NCBI RefSeq assembly: GCF_009834535.1
Contig: NC_045697.1
Coordinates: 94,118,001-94,182,000 of the forward strand
Length of the DNA stretch: 64,000 nucleotides
Reading direction: 5' to 3'
DNA from: Camelus ferus
Taxonomy: Eukaryota
Every line of letters begins with the position of its first letter. Position 1 is the first letter of the stretch. A program made the position numbers and the translations under genes. Shown in pieces: positions 53,745 to 64,000 of the stretch. The notes under the pieces are model-generated. The model was not told where the DNA came from and searched no databases. It was given only the letters and a program-made list of their open reading frames with translations.

Positions 53745-53875
53745 AGACACTTATGCTCTGAAATCTCAGCCGATTTGGATTCAAATCTTGACTTTGACAT
53801 CCTTGGTGTGATATTGATAATAGTATTTAATATCCCTGGGCTTCAGTTTCCTCTTCTGTAAAAAAGTGTGATATG
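53745..53875 (+). mobile_element. MIR SINE core
   Basis: gatttggattcaaatcttgactttgaca...tttaatatccctgggcttcagtttcctcttctgtaaaa. Confidence 0.75.
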
Positions 53876-53984
53876 GAGTCAACAATATAATAGTAAGTCA
53901 ACAATATAATATAAAGATTATACATGTAAATTTTTGCATTTACTAACGATGCTCTTTAACATTGTATCGGGGAGAGATCCAACA

Positions 53985-54175
53985 AATGCATCTTATATAT
54001 CAGGCAATATTTAAAGTGATTTATGTGTATTCAATCCTTACAATAACCTTATGAAATAGTTTATACTATTATTTTACAGATGAGATAACTGAGGGAGAGG
54101 AAAGTTAAGTAACTTGTCCCAGGTCACTTATGTAGTTAGAGTGAAATCTGAATTTGTTCTGTTAATCACTTCTTT
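53985..54175 (-). mobile_element. MIR SINE
   Basis: aatccttacaataaccttatgaaatag...attttacagatgagataactgagggagaggaaagttaagtaacttgtcccaggtcac. Confidence 0.85.
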
Positions 54176-56614
54176 ACACAACTTTCCTTAATTGTTTCTA
54201 AAAGGGGCAAAAAGTGAGATGTTGCACGACTGACAAGCAAGAAGAGGGTGCTTCCATGTCCAGTTCAACCTAACTGGCTGAGAACCAGCTGGAAAACTGG
54301 ATGTCACAGCAGAGGACTAGGGTGCATGAGGAGGAACATTCACGAACAAATGACTAAGGAAGCTCCCCTCACGACAGCCCACATTCAAGTCTGATGAAAA
54401 CATTAATTTGACTAAAATAAATTTTAAATTGAATTGATTAAATTTAGCATGAATTGATTGCAACTGCACATCTGAGTTTGGAGCTTGAGATTAGTAGTTA
54501 GCTGGTCCTATTTTTGTTATCAGATCATCAGAAATTTTTATGGCTTTTGTTAGGGATTCAGTAGCAGTGGAAAAATAAACATAAGTATATTTAAATAAAT
54601 CTATTATTTTTATAATTTAAATACATTATTATGGAGGATAAGACATTTCTTTTTTTTAATATTTAAAAAAATGGGTGTTTTTAAAAATAATTTTCAACAT
54701 AACATAATTCTTTCCCTGGGGAGCATGTCTGCAAAAACCCTCATGGCACCACGTTCCAAAAGTGAGTCCTTCTGCCATATCCTAGCTTGCAGGACAGAGA
54801 AAGAGTTCTTCCAAACTCTTTCCTCAAAATATATAATCAGTTCAAGAATTTTTCAAAGATTGATGTTTTTACTAGTGGTTTATCAGCATCAAGATTTCAA
54901 AAATCAGGAGGATATTTGATTGTCTCTGACTATTGGTGTTTCTATTTTCCACCTGCTTCTGAAATTATTGAGCACTTCAGGAAGGATAATTTCAATATAA
55001 ATTGGGGTTTCTTTTTGAAATCATGGCAATTTTTGGTAAAACTGGAAGTAGTTTGGTTTGTTCAGCACGATCACTGACAATGGGGTCGTGCAGAAGTCTT
55101 GCTATAACCCACTCAAAGTAATCATTTATGCCCTTTCGCTTCTGAGTCTCTGCGGCATCTGAATAATAGTAAAAACAATGGTTGGTTCTATTCATGTTAT
55201 AATAGGAAACACTGACCTTCAAGGTATTGTAGCTCTGTTATTGTGTTTTGAGATATTGTGAAGGATGTATAGGCTTAATAAATAGCAGTGGTTGAAAGAT
55301 TTGGCCTTAGCTTGATAATGAACTTGATGATTAAGTCTGTCCCATTGGTCTTGACACCGTAGCACAACTTCCTTCTTAAATGAACAGGAATAAATGTAAT
55401 TTTTCCAGATTCACACACTGTAATTCATAGCACAAAATAGACACATCATCCTTTTTGAGGTGTACTGGTTTCCCTGTACTCTTGGGTTAGAAATGCTGAA
55501 TTTTTAGTGAGATTTACATACTTCTTACTTTGAATGATGGTAGAAGATCAATTGAGAATAATTCATTTTGGTTTTTATTTACTATTATATGATTAGACTT
55601 TCAAGAACTTATCTTGAGTACTTTTGTATTTATTAAAATACATTAATTTACAGTTTAGATGGAAATAATGGTCTTTAATTCTCTTGTCTTTGGGATAAAG
55701 TATCAATTTTTCAAAATGGACATATGGGCATTGTTTTGTAGCATGCTGAGATTTTTATGCCTTTCAAAGTGATAGCTCTGTGTTGAACTGTACAAAAAAA
55801 AAGCTTACTAGAATAGTTCTAGTTACTTTAAAGAGAAAATTTGTCAGGTCCATTTGATTAAGTTGGAAGGTTTACTTATGGTGTTCCATGTTTTAGGTAA
55901 ATAGAAAACTCGACTGTGTCCCTTTTTCCCTCTATCACTTCCATGGACAGAGACAAACACCAGATGCCCATAAAGAAGCCAAGGTTTATTCACAGGATAA
56001 ATATTTTGGAGAAAAATAACATAGTTCTAAAAATTGAAAGCTTAGAGTTCCTTCCTCCCCCTGAGCAATAATCCCAAAGAATGAAATCTGGAGAGCTGGG
56101 CCCGACATTTGTGACTAACCTGAAGCTGACTAATAGATAATAAACCTTTAATAACCGTCAAATGGAGTCGAGAGCCTTAAAAGTGGCCAATTTTCTTTAA
56201 TGAAAATACCTAATGTAGTAAGTTCGATTCCTGCATTTGATAAGGATTACAGCAAATACTCTTTTAAGTGTCTTTATTTAGGATGCCACAAAAAGTAATT
56301 TATATTACCCACATCTAAATAAGTTATCACAAATTTAACCAATCGAAAACAAAACCCATTATCAGACTTAAATGTGATTTTTAACACTGCGTGGGACTGT
56401 GTGTGAAGTGTTCTTTTACTCGGGGATTGCAGCAACTGACCGGGTGAGCTTCAAAGGAGCATAGAATTTACCTAATTAAGTCATGTACAAAGTTTGGATT
56501 TGAATCCAGTATTATCTCATTCGAAAAACTGGACACTTAATTTGTTATCTTACCTTAATTAAATTTAAAGGAGCTAATGTAAAATTCAGATATAAAAGTA
56601 AAAATCTTAAAAAC

Positions 56615-56623
56615 AAAGAAAAG

Positions 56624-56654
<31 letters not shown>

Positions 56655-56699
56655 AGAAAAGAAAAGAAAAGAAAAGAAAAGAAAAGAAAAGAAAAGAAA
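56615..56699. repeat. (GAAAA)n pentanucleotide / A-rich repeat
   Basis: directly visible. Confidence 0.93.
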
Positions 56700-59521
56700 T
56701 CAACAAATGTGCAGTTGGGAGAGAGTTGAGATTAATGTGGTCACTTTGCCCTTGGAAGACATGGGGCCAGAGTCACATAGTGTGAACTGGGGGCAATTCC
56801 AGAATTCTTGAAACTTAAATACTATTCTGTAAAAAGGAGGATCATATTTGTCCTGGATTGTACACAGGATTTCTGTTTGCAAATCAATGAAATATTTTAT
56901 GTGCTATGAACATGTAAGGAAACACAGCTATTATCACTGAGAAGCCAAGAGTGAAAGGCCAGGCATTTGTCTTCAATAAGATACTGAAATGTGTTTGCCC
57001 TTTTTCAGGTGGTAAGAAAATGTCAAACTATTTAACACTTTCTCTCCTTTTACTTCTGCCCTCCTTCAGAAATGCATTTTTATGTACCGCAGGGTATTAA
57101 CCTCACTGTGAGGTCTGCAGTGGAGGAAGAAAGTAAGATGCTGAAATGAAATGCAATTAAGTCTAAAGAAAGGAAAAGAATATGATAACTATGGTTTAAA
57201 GACTTCTATTTCATTATATGTTAACAACATGCTATTTAAACGTCAAATATGGTATCATGGAAAAGCAGAACAGATACTCTAGTGCTGATCAACAATGATT
57301 TGAGGGCAGAGAGTCTGTACAGTATAATAAACCAATTTTGTAGCACAATAAAGCAACATATGAACACGTTCTTGACTGAAGTGTACACCGGAGATGCACT
57401 ATGGGGGAAATGGTGTTTAAAATAACTCCTTGAAAGCAAGAGAAGGGCTGACTATTGCCTTGAAGTTAAATAATAAAATGGCTATGCAGGGGGTATGTTC
57501 AGAAGGCAATATATTATTGTAACTAGCAACAGATATTTGGGTTTGAAAATTGTCTGCTTAATAAATTCTTGCTTTTCATTCAAAGGAAAGAAAGGGAGAT
57601 ACATCTACATATATTCATTTCGAGGAAAGTGAGGTGATTAGAATTTACTTGACTTAATGAAGGTCAGCAGTGCTATGGGGGAGCGTGGCTGAGGATGTAG
57701 CTCACGCTTGACAGTCCCAGTCACGCCTTTTCTCAGTCCAAAGGGAAGGTAAGCAAACTGTCTGCCACAATCATAATGCTGTTTAGTTGAGGGCTATCTT
57801 ACTTAGGTGCTGGAATCTAACACTGAGCTTAAATCACGGGGTCTGGAGTTAGAATAGATGTGAACTCTTCTTCTGTAAGTTACATACTTGGTGATTTCAG
57901 CCAAAACTTTCTGTGTGTTTGTTTTCCCTCTGCCATACCCAAAAAGGATGTAGATACATTTACTTTGAATTATGGATGTAAAATTCCTTGCTAAATATCA
58001 GTACATAATACATTTTCAATTCAGAATAAGTTATTTCTACTTCTGGTTTTATTTACATTTTTCAACATCTCTGTAATGATTCTTTTTTAAAAAACTATAT
58101 CTGATTCATCTGCATTCTTTAATAGGTACTTAAAATAGCTCTTTAAAGAATGAATGGATAGATGGGTAGATGGAAATTACTTTCAAATATAGTGTAAGCA
58201 GAAAGGCTGTGTAACACTCTATATGTAAAATTTAAGTTTCCATTTTTTTCCTAGAGCTTTTTATGCCTAGGGCAGAATTCCAGAAATATATGATCTTTTT
58301 GCCCAAAGCTTTCTTTGTTACATAAAATCCCGAACAGTTCAGGGGTTAAGGTTGAAATGCCACAGACAGGAGGATGCCTTCCATGGGATGAAACTGACTC
58401 AATATCTGGCCTCTTATATATTCATGATATTGAACATATAAACCTTTAAAAAAATTCAGTCTTTATTATTTGAAAGATACATGATTATTTGTATATTCTG
58501 TAGCACTTTTTTCAAATAGTTTGTGTTATATGAACAGTGTTATTTGGGAGAAGAGAAATCAACACATGTAAGCTCATTAAAACCAGATGCTCCTCCTTCC
58601 AAACTAGACATTAAATGAAAGATACCAATAAAATAAAATTGATATAGCATGTAATCTTTATATATACACATCTCAGCTGTGAAATTTGACATAATTCACC
58701 AACTTCCTCATGGCATTTTATTTTTGCATCTTAAAACCTCGACTGATGTTCATTTGGATAAATTTAGAAAGCTAATGCCTCATTTTATGCAAGAGAGGTG
58801 TAAGATTAAGTAGAGTAGAAACCTTGCTAATTATCACTTCTCTGATCTACACACCTGATACTTCTTGCAAGAAGTTTTTAGCAAATATTAAAAGGAGGTC
58901 ATATATCAAAGTATTATTTTTGTATTGTCACAGTTAAGTAGAAATTTGAAAAAATACATGTGAATTTACCATTTTAGAAAAAACTTTTGGTATATATATT
59001 TTACAATGTTACTGATTAAATATAATGTCAAGAAATGAATTGCTGGGAAATATTTTTATATGATTTCACTCTATTCTTCCTCTTTGTCTCCATCACAAAC
59101 ACATTTCCACATTTATTCCCAAACTTCTTCAGGGCTTTGTAGATGGCCATCTCCTAGGAAGCCGTCCAACAATAACCTCCAAGAAACTAGGAATGAGGAC
59201 TGCTTCAAGGCCACTCTGCTTCAGTTTTATTTTTGGAAACAAAGTTTCTAAAACAAAAGTACAGAGACATAACAGATATTCACCTGACAGTGAGAAGAGA
59301 ATACAGATCTTAAGAGTACAAGGTTCTACTTTTTCCTTCCATTACAAGCTATTTTGTTTAATTTGCCCAGTTAACTACCTCAGCATTTAAAAAATATATT
59401 TCATATATATATTTTATATATATATATATGTATATTTAATTGGGAAGTACAACACACATAGAAAAAAGTGATTGAAACATCAATTACATCTCAGGGAGGT
59501 ATTACAAAGTGACTACAGAGG

Positions 59522-59673
59522 CAAGGTCAGCCTCGTGGATGTTGCCTCACCTTAGAGGGGTCCTGTACTTAGTTTAACACTATACTGTAACCTTGAAATT
59601 CCTAGTAGTTTTGAACAAGGGGCCCAACGTTTGTATTTTGCATTGGGCCCCACACATTTTGCAGCCAGCCCTG
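59522..59673 (+). mobile_element. MER91A-like hAT-Tip100 MITE inserted in an old L1 3' fragment
   Basis: ccttgaaattcctagtagttttgaacaaggggcccaacgtttgtattttgcattgggccccacacattttgcagccagccctg matches the MER91A 3' half. Confidence 0.85.
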
Positions 59674-59749
59674 TATCAGATGAATAAATAATACACTACT
59701 AACAACTCAAAAGCCCCCTTTTTGTTTCCATTACCTATTAAGGTCATAA

Positions 59750-61250
59750 TGTTTTCCAGTTTCCACTGTGATTTCTGTTTGACCTAGTGTTACTTAGAAA
59801 TTTATATTCTATTCTGTTATATAGAAATTACGTTTTAATATTTCCAATTAAATTTTATTATGGCTTGTTAGTTAATTGCACCAATGTAAAATTTGAATTG
59901 TTTTACATTTTACATTCCTTGAAAGTTCCTTTTTTTGTGTAAACCTATGGTCAACTTTTAGTTTTTTAGTGCACACTTATAAACAATGTATAATCTACAG
60001 TTGTTAGTTGTTTTCTGTATATATTGGTGTACTCAAATTTGTCAAACATGGTTTCAAGGTTTTATACATTTTCTTATTTTTAGTCTTTTTCTGTAGATTC
60101 CTGCGTGATAGCTCTGTTAAAATCTACCCCTATGATTGTGACTTCATTTCACTTTTAGTTTTAGCAATACTGCTTTATAATTTTTGTGAACATATTATGA
60201 TGTTACAGATGTGTAATCATTATACATTCCAAATGGATGGAACTTTTTGCATTATACTTTAGTGCTCTTTAGAAATATTTGTTTTAAAATCAGCACTATC
60301 TGATAAAAGAGAACAGTGAGTTTCCTTTTGGTTAGTGTTTGAAGCCATTCCAGTTCTCCCTTTTACAATCAAACTATCTGAATTCTTCTATTTGTAAATG
60401 GAAATTGTAAGCGTAAGATGATTCGATTATGTTTTAATCTACTCTAACACTCTGTATCTCACAATTGAATTAAGTCCCTTTCCTTTTAATGCAGTTAGTC
60501 TCATCTTTTTCTAAGTTTACTGTCTTACTATTTGCTTTCTGTTTCTTCCCCATATTCTATTATTGTCTCTCTCCTTTCATACATTACTTCTGATGATTGA
60601 GTTATCTTCCCCCTCTTCTTAGCCTAGTAGTTTTACCCCTTTCACTCTTCTTTAGTGACTGCACTAGTGACAAACACAGGAATCCTTACTGTCAACATCT
60701 CAGCTACGTGCACTTTGCCCCTTCACACTAAGCAAGGGGTTATCAAGACACACCTTACAATCTAGGGTTTACAGATATTAATGGATGTCTGTCCATATGT
60801 TTACCTTTCTCTTCCATCTCTATTCCTTCAGTCTTAGAATTTTTACTTGGAAATATTTCCCTTGCCTAAAGTATAGGGTGAAACATTTCCTGAGCTATTT
60901 CTTTTGAAAATTTATTCCGTCATTTTTTGAAGTATGGGATAGAATTCCATACTTCAAAAAGTTGGGATAGAATTCTAGCTTAGCAGTCATTTATAAAAAA
61001 TCATTGAAGATAACCTACTATTGATTTTTGATGTCCACTGTTGAGATTGAGGCCAGCTCTAAGCCTAGCTGTTGCTCCTCTGAATATAATCTGTCCACTT
61101 GCCTGGCTATTTTTCAGACATTTGCTTTATCTTTGGTTTTTAGCTATTTTACCTAAATATGCTGAGGAGTAGCTACCTTTATTTTTTGCTTAAGGGTTAA
61201 TGAGAATACCGAGTATTCCCAACTTCAAATGATTAACATTAATTTTTTAC
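59750..61250 (-). mobile_element. very old L1-derived sequence (L1M/HAL1-like), degenerate
   Basis: T-rich antisense L1 motifs: ctgttaaaatctacccctatgattgtgac, tttccttttggttagtgtttg, gggatagaattctagcttagcagtcattt and gttgctcctctgaatataatctgtc. Confidence 0.55.
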
Positions 61251-61421
61251 AAATTTTGTCAAAATGCATTCACATTATTATAATTAAAATAATTATAAAA
61301 TAAAAAGTAAATAATTAGAAGCCCAAAATTTTATTCTTCTTTTCAAATAATTCTCCTTCAGAGAAGTAATCGTGGTTATCAATTTGGTATTTACACTTCC
61401 AGGAAATTTTCTGTTATTTCG

Positions 61422-61429
61422 TGTGTGTA

Positions 61430-61460
<31 letters not shown>

Positions 61461-61478
61461 ATGTATATATGTGTGTGT
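61422..61478. repeat. (TG)n microsatellite, interrupted
   Basis: directly visible. Confidence 0.9.
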
Positions 61479-62040
61479 ACTTGAATTATTGATGTGTTGG
61501 AGAGATTTATATATAATGCATCTTAGTTTTCTCATTGTTACTTATGTTCTAAATATTTTTTCATACTCTGACATTTTTAATTTAACTTTTTTATTTAGTC
61601 TTGTGATAGAGAGAAGGCTTAAATAGTTAATTCAATTAAGTACATTAATGTATTTCCAATTATGGGCCTTGGTTTGATGCTTTTCCTAGGAAAACGTCCT
61701 GACATAAAGATTATAAAAATATTCCCTATAATTATTTAAAAATTTTATATGATCTGATTTCCACTTCACTTTTATAAAAGAAAAATTTTAGAGTTTACTT
61801 TTGTGTGCTTTATGAATTTGTTTCCCCAAATTAAATAGACCACTTAGTTTTTGGATAGAAGAGAGTGCTTTTCACTGATCTAAACTATCCTGGAAAATTA
61901 AATATCCAAAATTTATAAACTTGCTATGATGATTCACATGACTATTCCAGAACAAATAGTGTGATTTGAATCCCTATCACTGGACATAATAATTTCAATT
62001 TTCATATGTGGCAGAATAAGTTCTCTCTCATAGTTTGTAT

Positions 62041-62043
<3 letters not shown>

Positions 62044-62099
<56 letters not shown>

Positions 62100-63415
62100 T
62101 TATTTTATTGAAGTATAGTCAGTTTACAATGTTGTATCAATTTCTGTTGTACAGCTTAATGCCTCAGTCATACATAAGCATACATATATTCGTTTTCATA
62201 TTCTTTTTCATTCTAAGTACTATAAGATATTGAATATAGTTCCCTGTGCTATACAATATGAACTTGTTATTTTTCTATTTTATATATAGTAGTTAGTATC
62301 TACAAATCCTGAATTCCCAATTTATTCCTTCCCATCCCCCTCCCTTACTGGCATCCATAAGTTTGTTTTCTATGTCTTAGTTTGTTTCTGTTTTGTAAAT
62401 AAATTTATTTGTCTTTTTTTGTACATTTCACATATAAGTGATATCATATGGTATTTTTCTTTCTTTTTCTGGCTTACTTCAATTAGAATGACATTCTCCA
62501 GGTCCACCCTTGTTGCTGCAAATGGCATTATTTCATTCTATTTTATGGCTGAGTAGTATATTGTTTAAATATACCATGACTTCTTTATCCAGATCTGTTG
62601 ATGGACATTTAGGTTGTTTCCATGTCTTGGCTACTGTAAATAGTGCTTCTATGAACATTAGGGTGCATGGGATGGCTGGATCATGTAGTAAATCTATTTT
62701 TAGTCTTTTGAGGAATCTCCATACTGTTTTCCATAATGGCTGTACCAAACTACATTCCCACCAACAGTGTAGGAGGGTTCCCTTTTCTCCACACCCTCTC
62801 CAGCATTTATTGTTTGCGAACTCTTGAATGATGGCCATTCTGACTGGTGTGAGGTGATACCTCACTGTAGTTTTGATTTACATTTCTCTGATAATTAGCA
62901 ATATTGAGCATTTTTTCATGTGCCTATTGGCCATTTGTATGTTTTCACTGGATATTGCTTGTTTAGATCTTCTGATCGTTTTTGGATTAGGTTGTTTGTT
63001 TTTTTCTTATTAAGTTGTATGAGCTGTTTATATATCCTGGAAATTCAGCCTTTGTCAGTCTTATCTTTTGCAACTATTTTCTCCCATTCTGTAGGTCGTC
63101 TTTTTGTTTTGTTTGTGGTTTCTTTTGCTGTGCAAAAGCTTATAAGTTGATTTAGGTCCCATTGGTTTATTTTTGCTTTAATTTTTATTGCCTGGGTAGA
63201 CTGCTTTAGGAGAACAATGCTAAGATTTATGTCAGATAATGTTTTGCCTATGTTTTCTTCTAAGAGGTTTATAATGTCTTGTCTTATGTTTAAGTCTTTA
63301 AGCCATTTTGAGATTATTTTTGTCTATAGTGTGAGGGAATATTCTAACTTCACTGATTTATATGCAGCTGGCCAGTTATCCCAACACTATTGGCTTAAGA
63401 GACTGTCTTTACTCT
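62044..63415 (-). mobile_element. 5'-truncated artiodactyl-type L1 (about 1.37 kb) with (TTTA)n tail, nested in an older L1
   Basis: long (TTTA)n tail to about 62108, then 3'UTR and ORF2 end; TSD atagtttgtattta (62030-62043) / atagcttgtattta (63416-63429) with one mismatch. Confidence 0.95.
62533..62865 (-). pseudogene. L1 ORF2p C-terminal Cys-rich domain fragment, non-functional
   Basis: [12 protein letters not shown]...[31 protein letters not shown]...DPAIP...[19 protein letters not shown] is the well-known L1 ORF2p C-terminus. Confidence 0.95.
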
Positions 63416-63429
63416 ATAGCTTGTATTTA

Positions 63430-64000
63430 AATTTGGAGAGATGTTGTTATTTGTTTTTTTATGATGTATTACCTCATTTTATCTCTTCCTACTAAAAACT
63501 CTGTTGAGTTTGCTTTGAGTTGATAAATAAATAAATAAATTTAGTCTATAACTAACATACTTAAAATATTTAAAATTCACATTCTGAAGTTTAGTATCAT
63601 CTCTCTCTACAGTCAATTCTTGGTACGTATTCTTTATAAAGTTTTATATTCTTGTATGTGGTTTTGCAAGTTACTTGTTAAGGTTAATCCTGAATTTTTT
63701 TATAGTTATCATTGCTCTTGTGAATGTGTTCTTTTATTCCCCATTATATTATCTGTTGTGTATTATATTTACATATGGGAAAGCTAAAGCATTTTTGTGT
63801 ATTCACCTATAATATTTTGTTAATGAATACTGTTTTTAGATTTTTGAGTTTCTTAGTAGTTTATTTGATTGATCTTTCCATAGAAAGAGATTTGTATGTT
63901 ATTGATCAAATCAGTGGTCATTTAGTCATGATTTTCATTAATTTTCCTTCTATCTTCATTAATGCCATTCTTCTGTGTTTTTAATGAATTTTTGTCTATA
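63430..64000 (-). mobile_element. old L1ME-like fragment, host of the younger L1 insertion
   Basis: T-rich antisense L1 motifs such as cttgttaaggttaatcctgaattttttt and gttatcattgctcttgtgaatgtgttcttttattccc. Confidence 0.55.

Noticed and set aside
53877..53911. 16-bp tandem duplication agtcaacaatataata
   Set aside because: Ordinary slippage duplication at the edge of a MIR
56200..56245. gttcgattcc B-box, possible tRNA or tRNA-SINE
   Set aside because: No A-box, no cloverleaf stems and no SINE body or tail nearby

Overview
This 64-kb window is AT-rich, CpG-depleted eutherian mammalian genomic DNA, not prokaryotic sequence. It looks like intergenic DNA or a very large intron. I could not identify any cellular protein-coding gene, RNA gene, CpG island or CRISPR array. 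The only ORF with recognisable protein similarity is a LINE-1 ORF2p C-terminal fragment (62533-62865, - strand). The other listed ORFs look like chance or microsatellite-derived frames. Most recognisable content is transposable elements. Ancient classes include MIR, L2, L1M, MLT1/MLT2, hAT (Charlie1-, MER33-, MER5A-, MER91A-like) and Tigger (MER2B-like). Younger classes include three artiodactyl-type L1 3' ends and three ERV-type LTRs (two apparently complete solo LTRs), plus microsatellites. The young L1 3'UTRs, together with the absence of ruminant, pig, cetacean, primate, rodent and carnivore SINEs, suggest a camelid (inference). Repeat family names are from memory and need RepeatMasker/Dfam confirmation, and boundaries of the old elements are approximate. 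I found no evidence of a new biological system. The best leads are modest: + strand splice-signal candidates (a 76-nt canonical mini-intron, a YAG|GTAAGT recursive-type site, 3/12/24/63-nt microexon or exon candidates), two structurally intact solo LTR promoters, and a template-switch hairpin scar.
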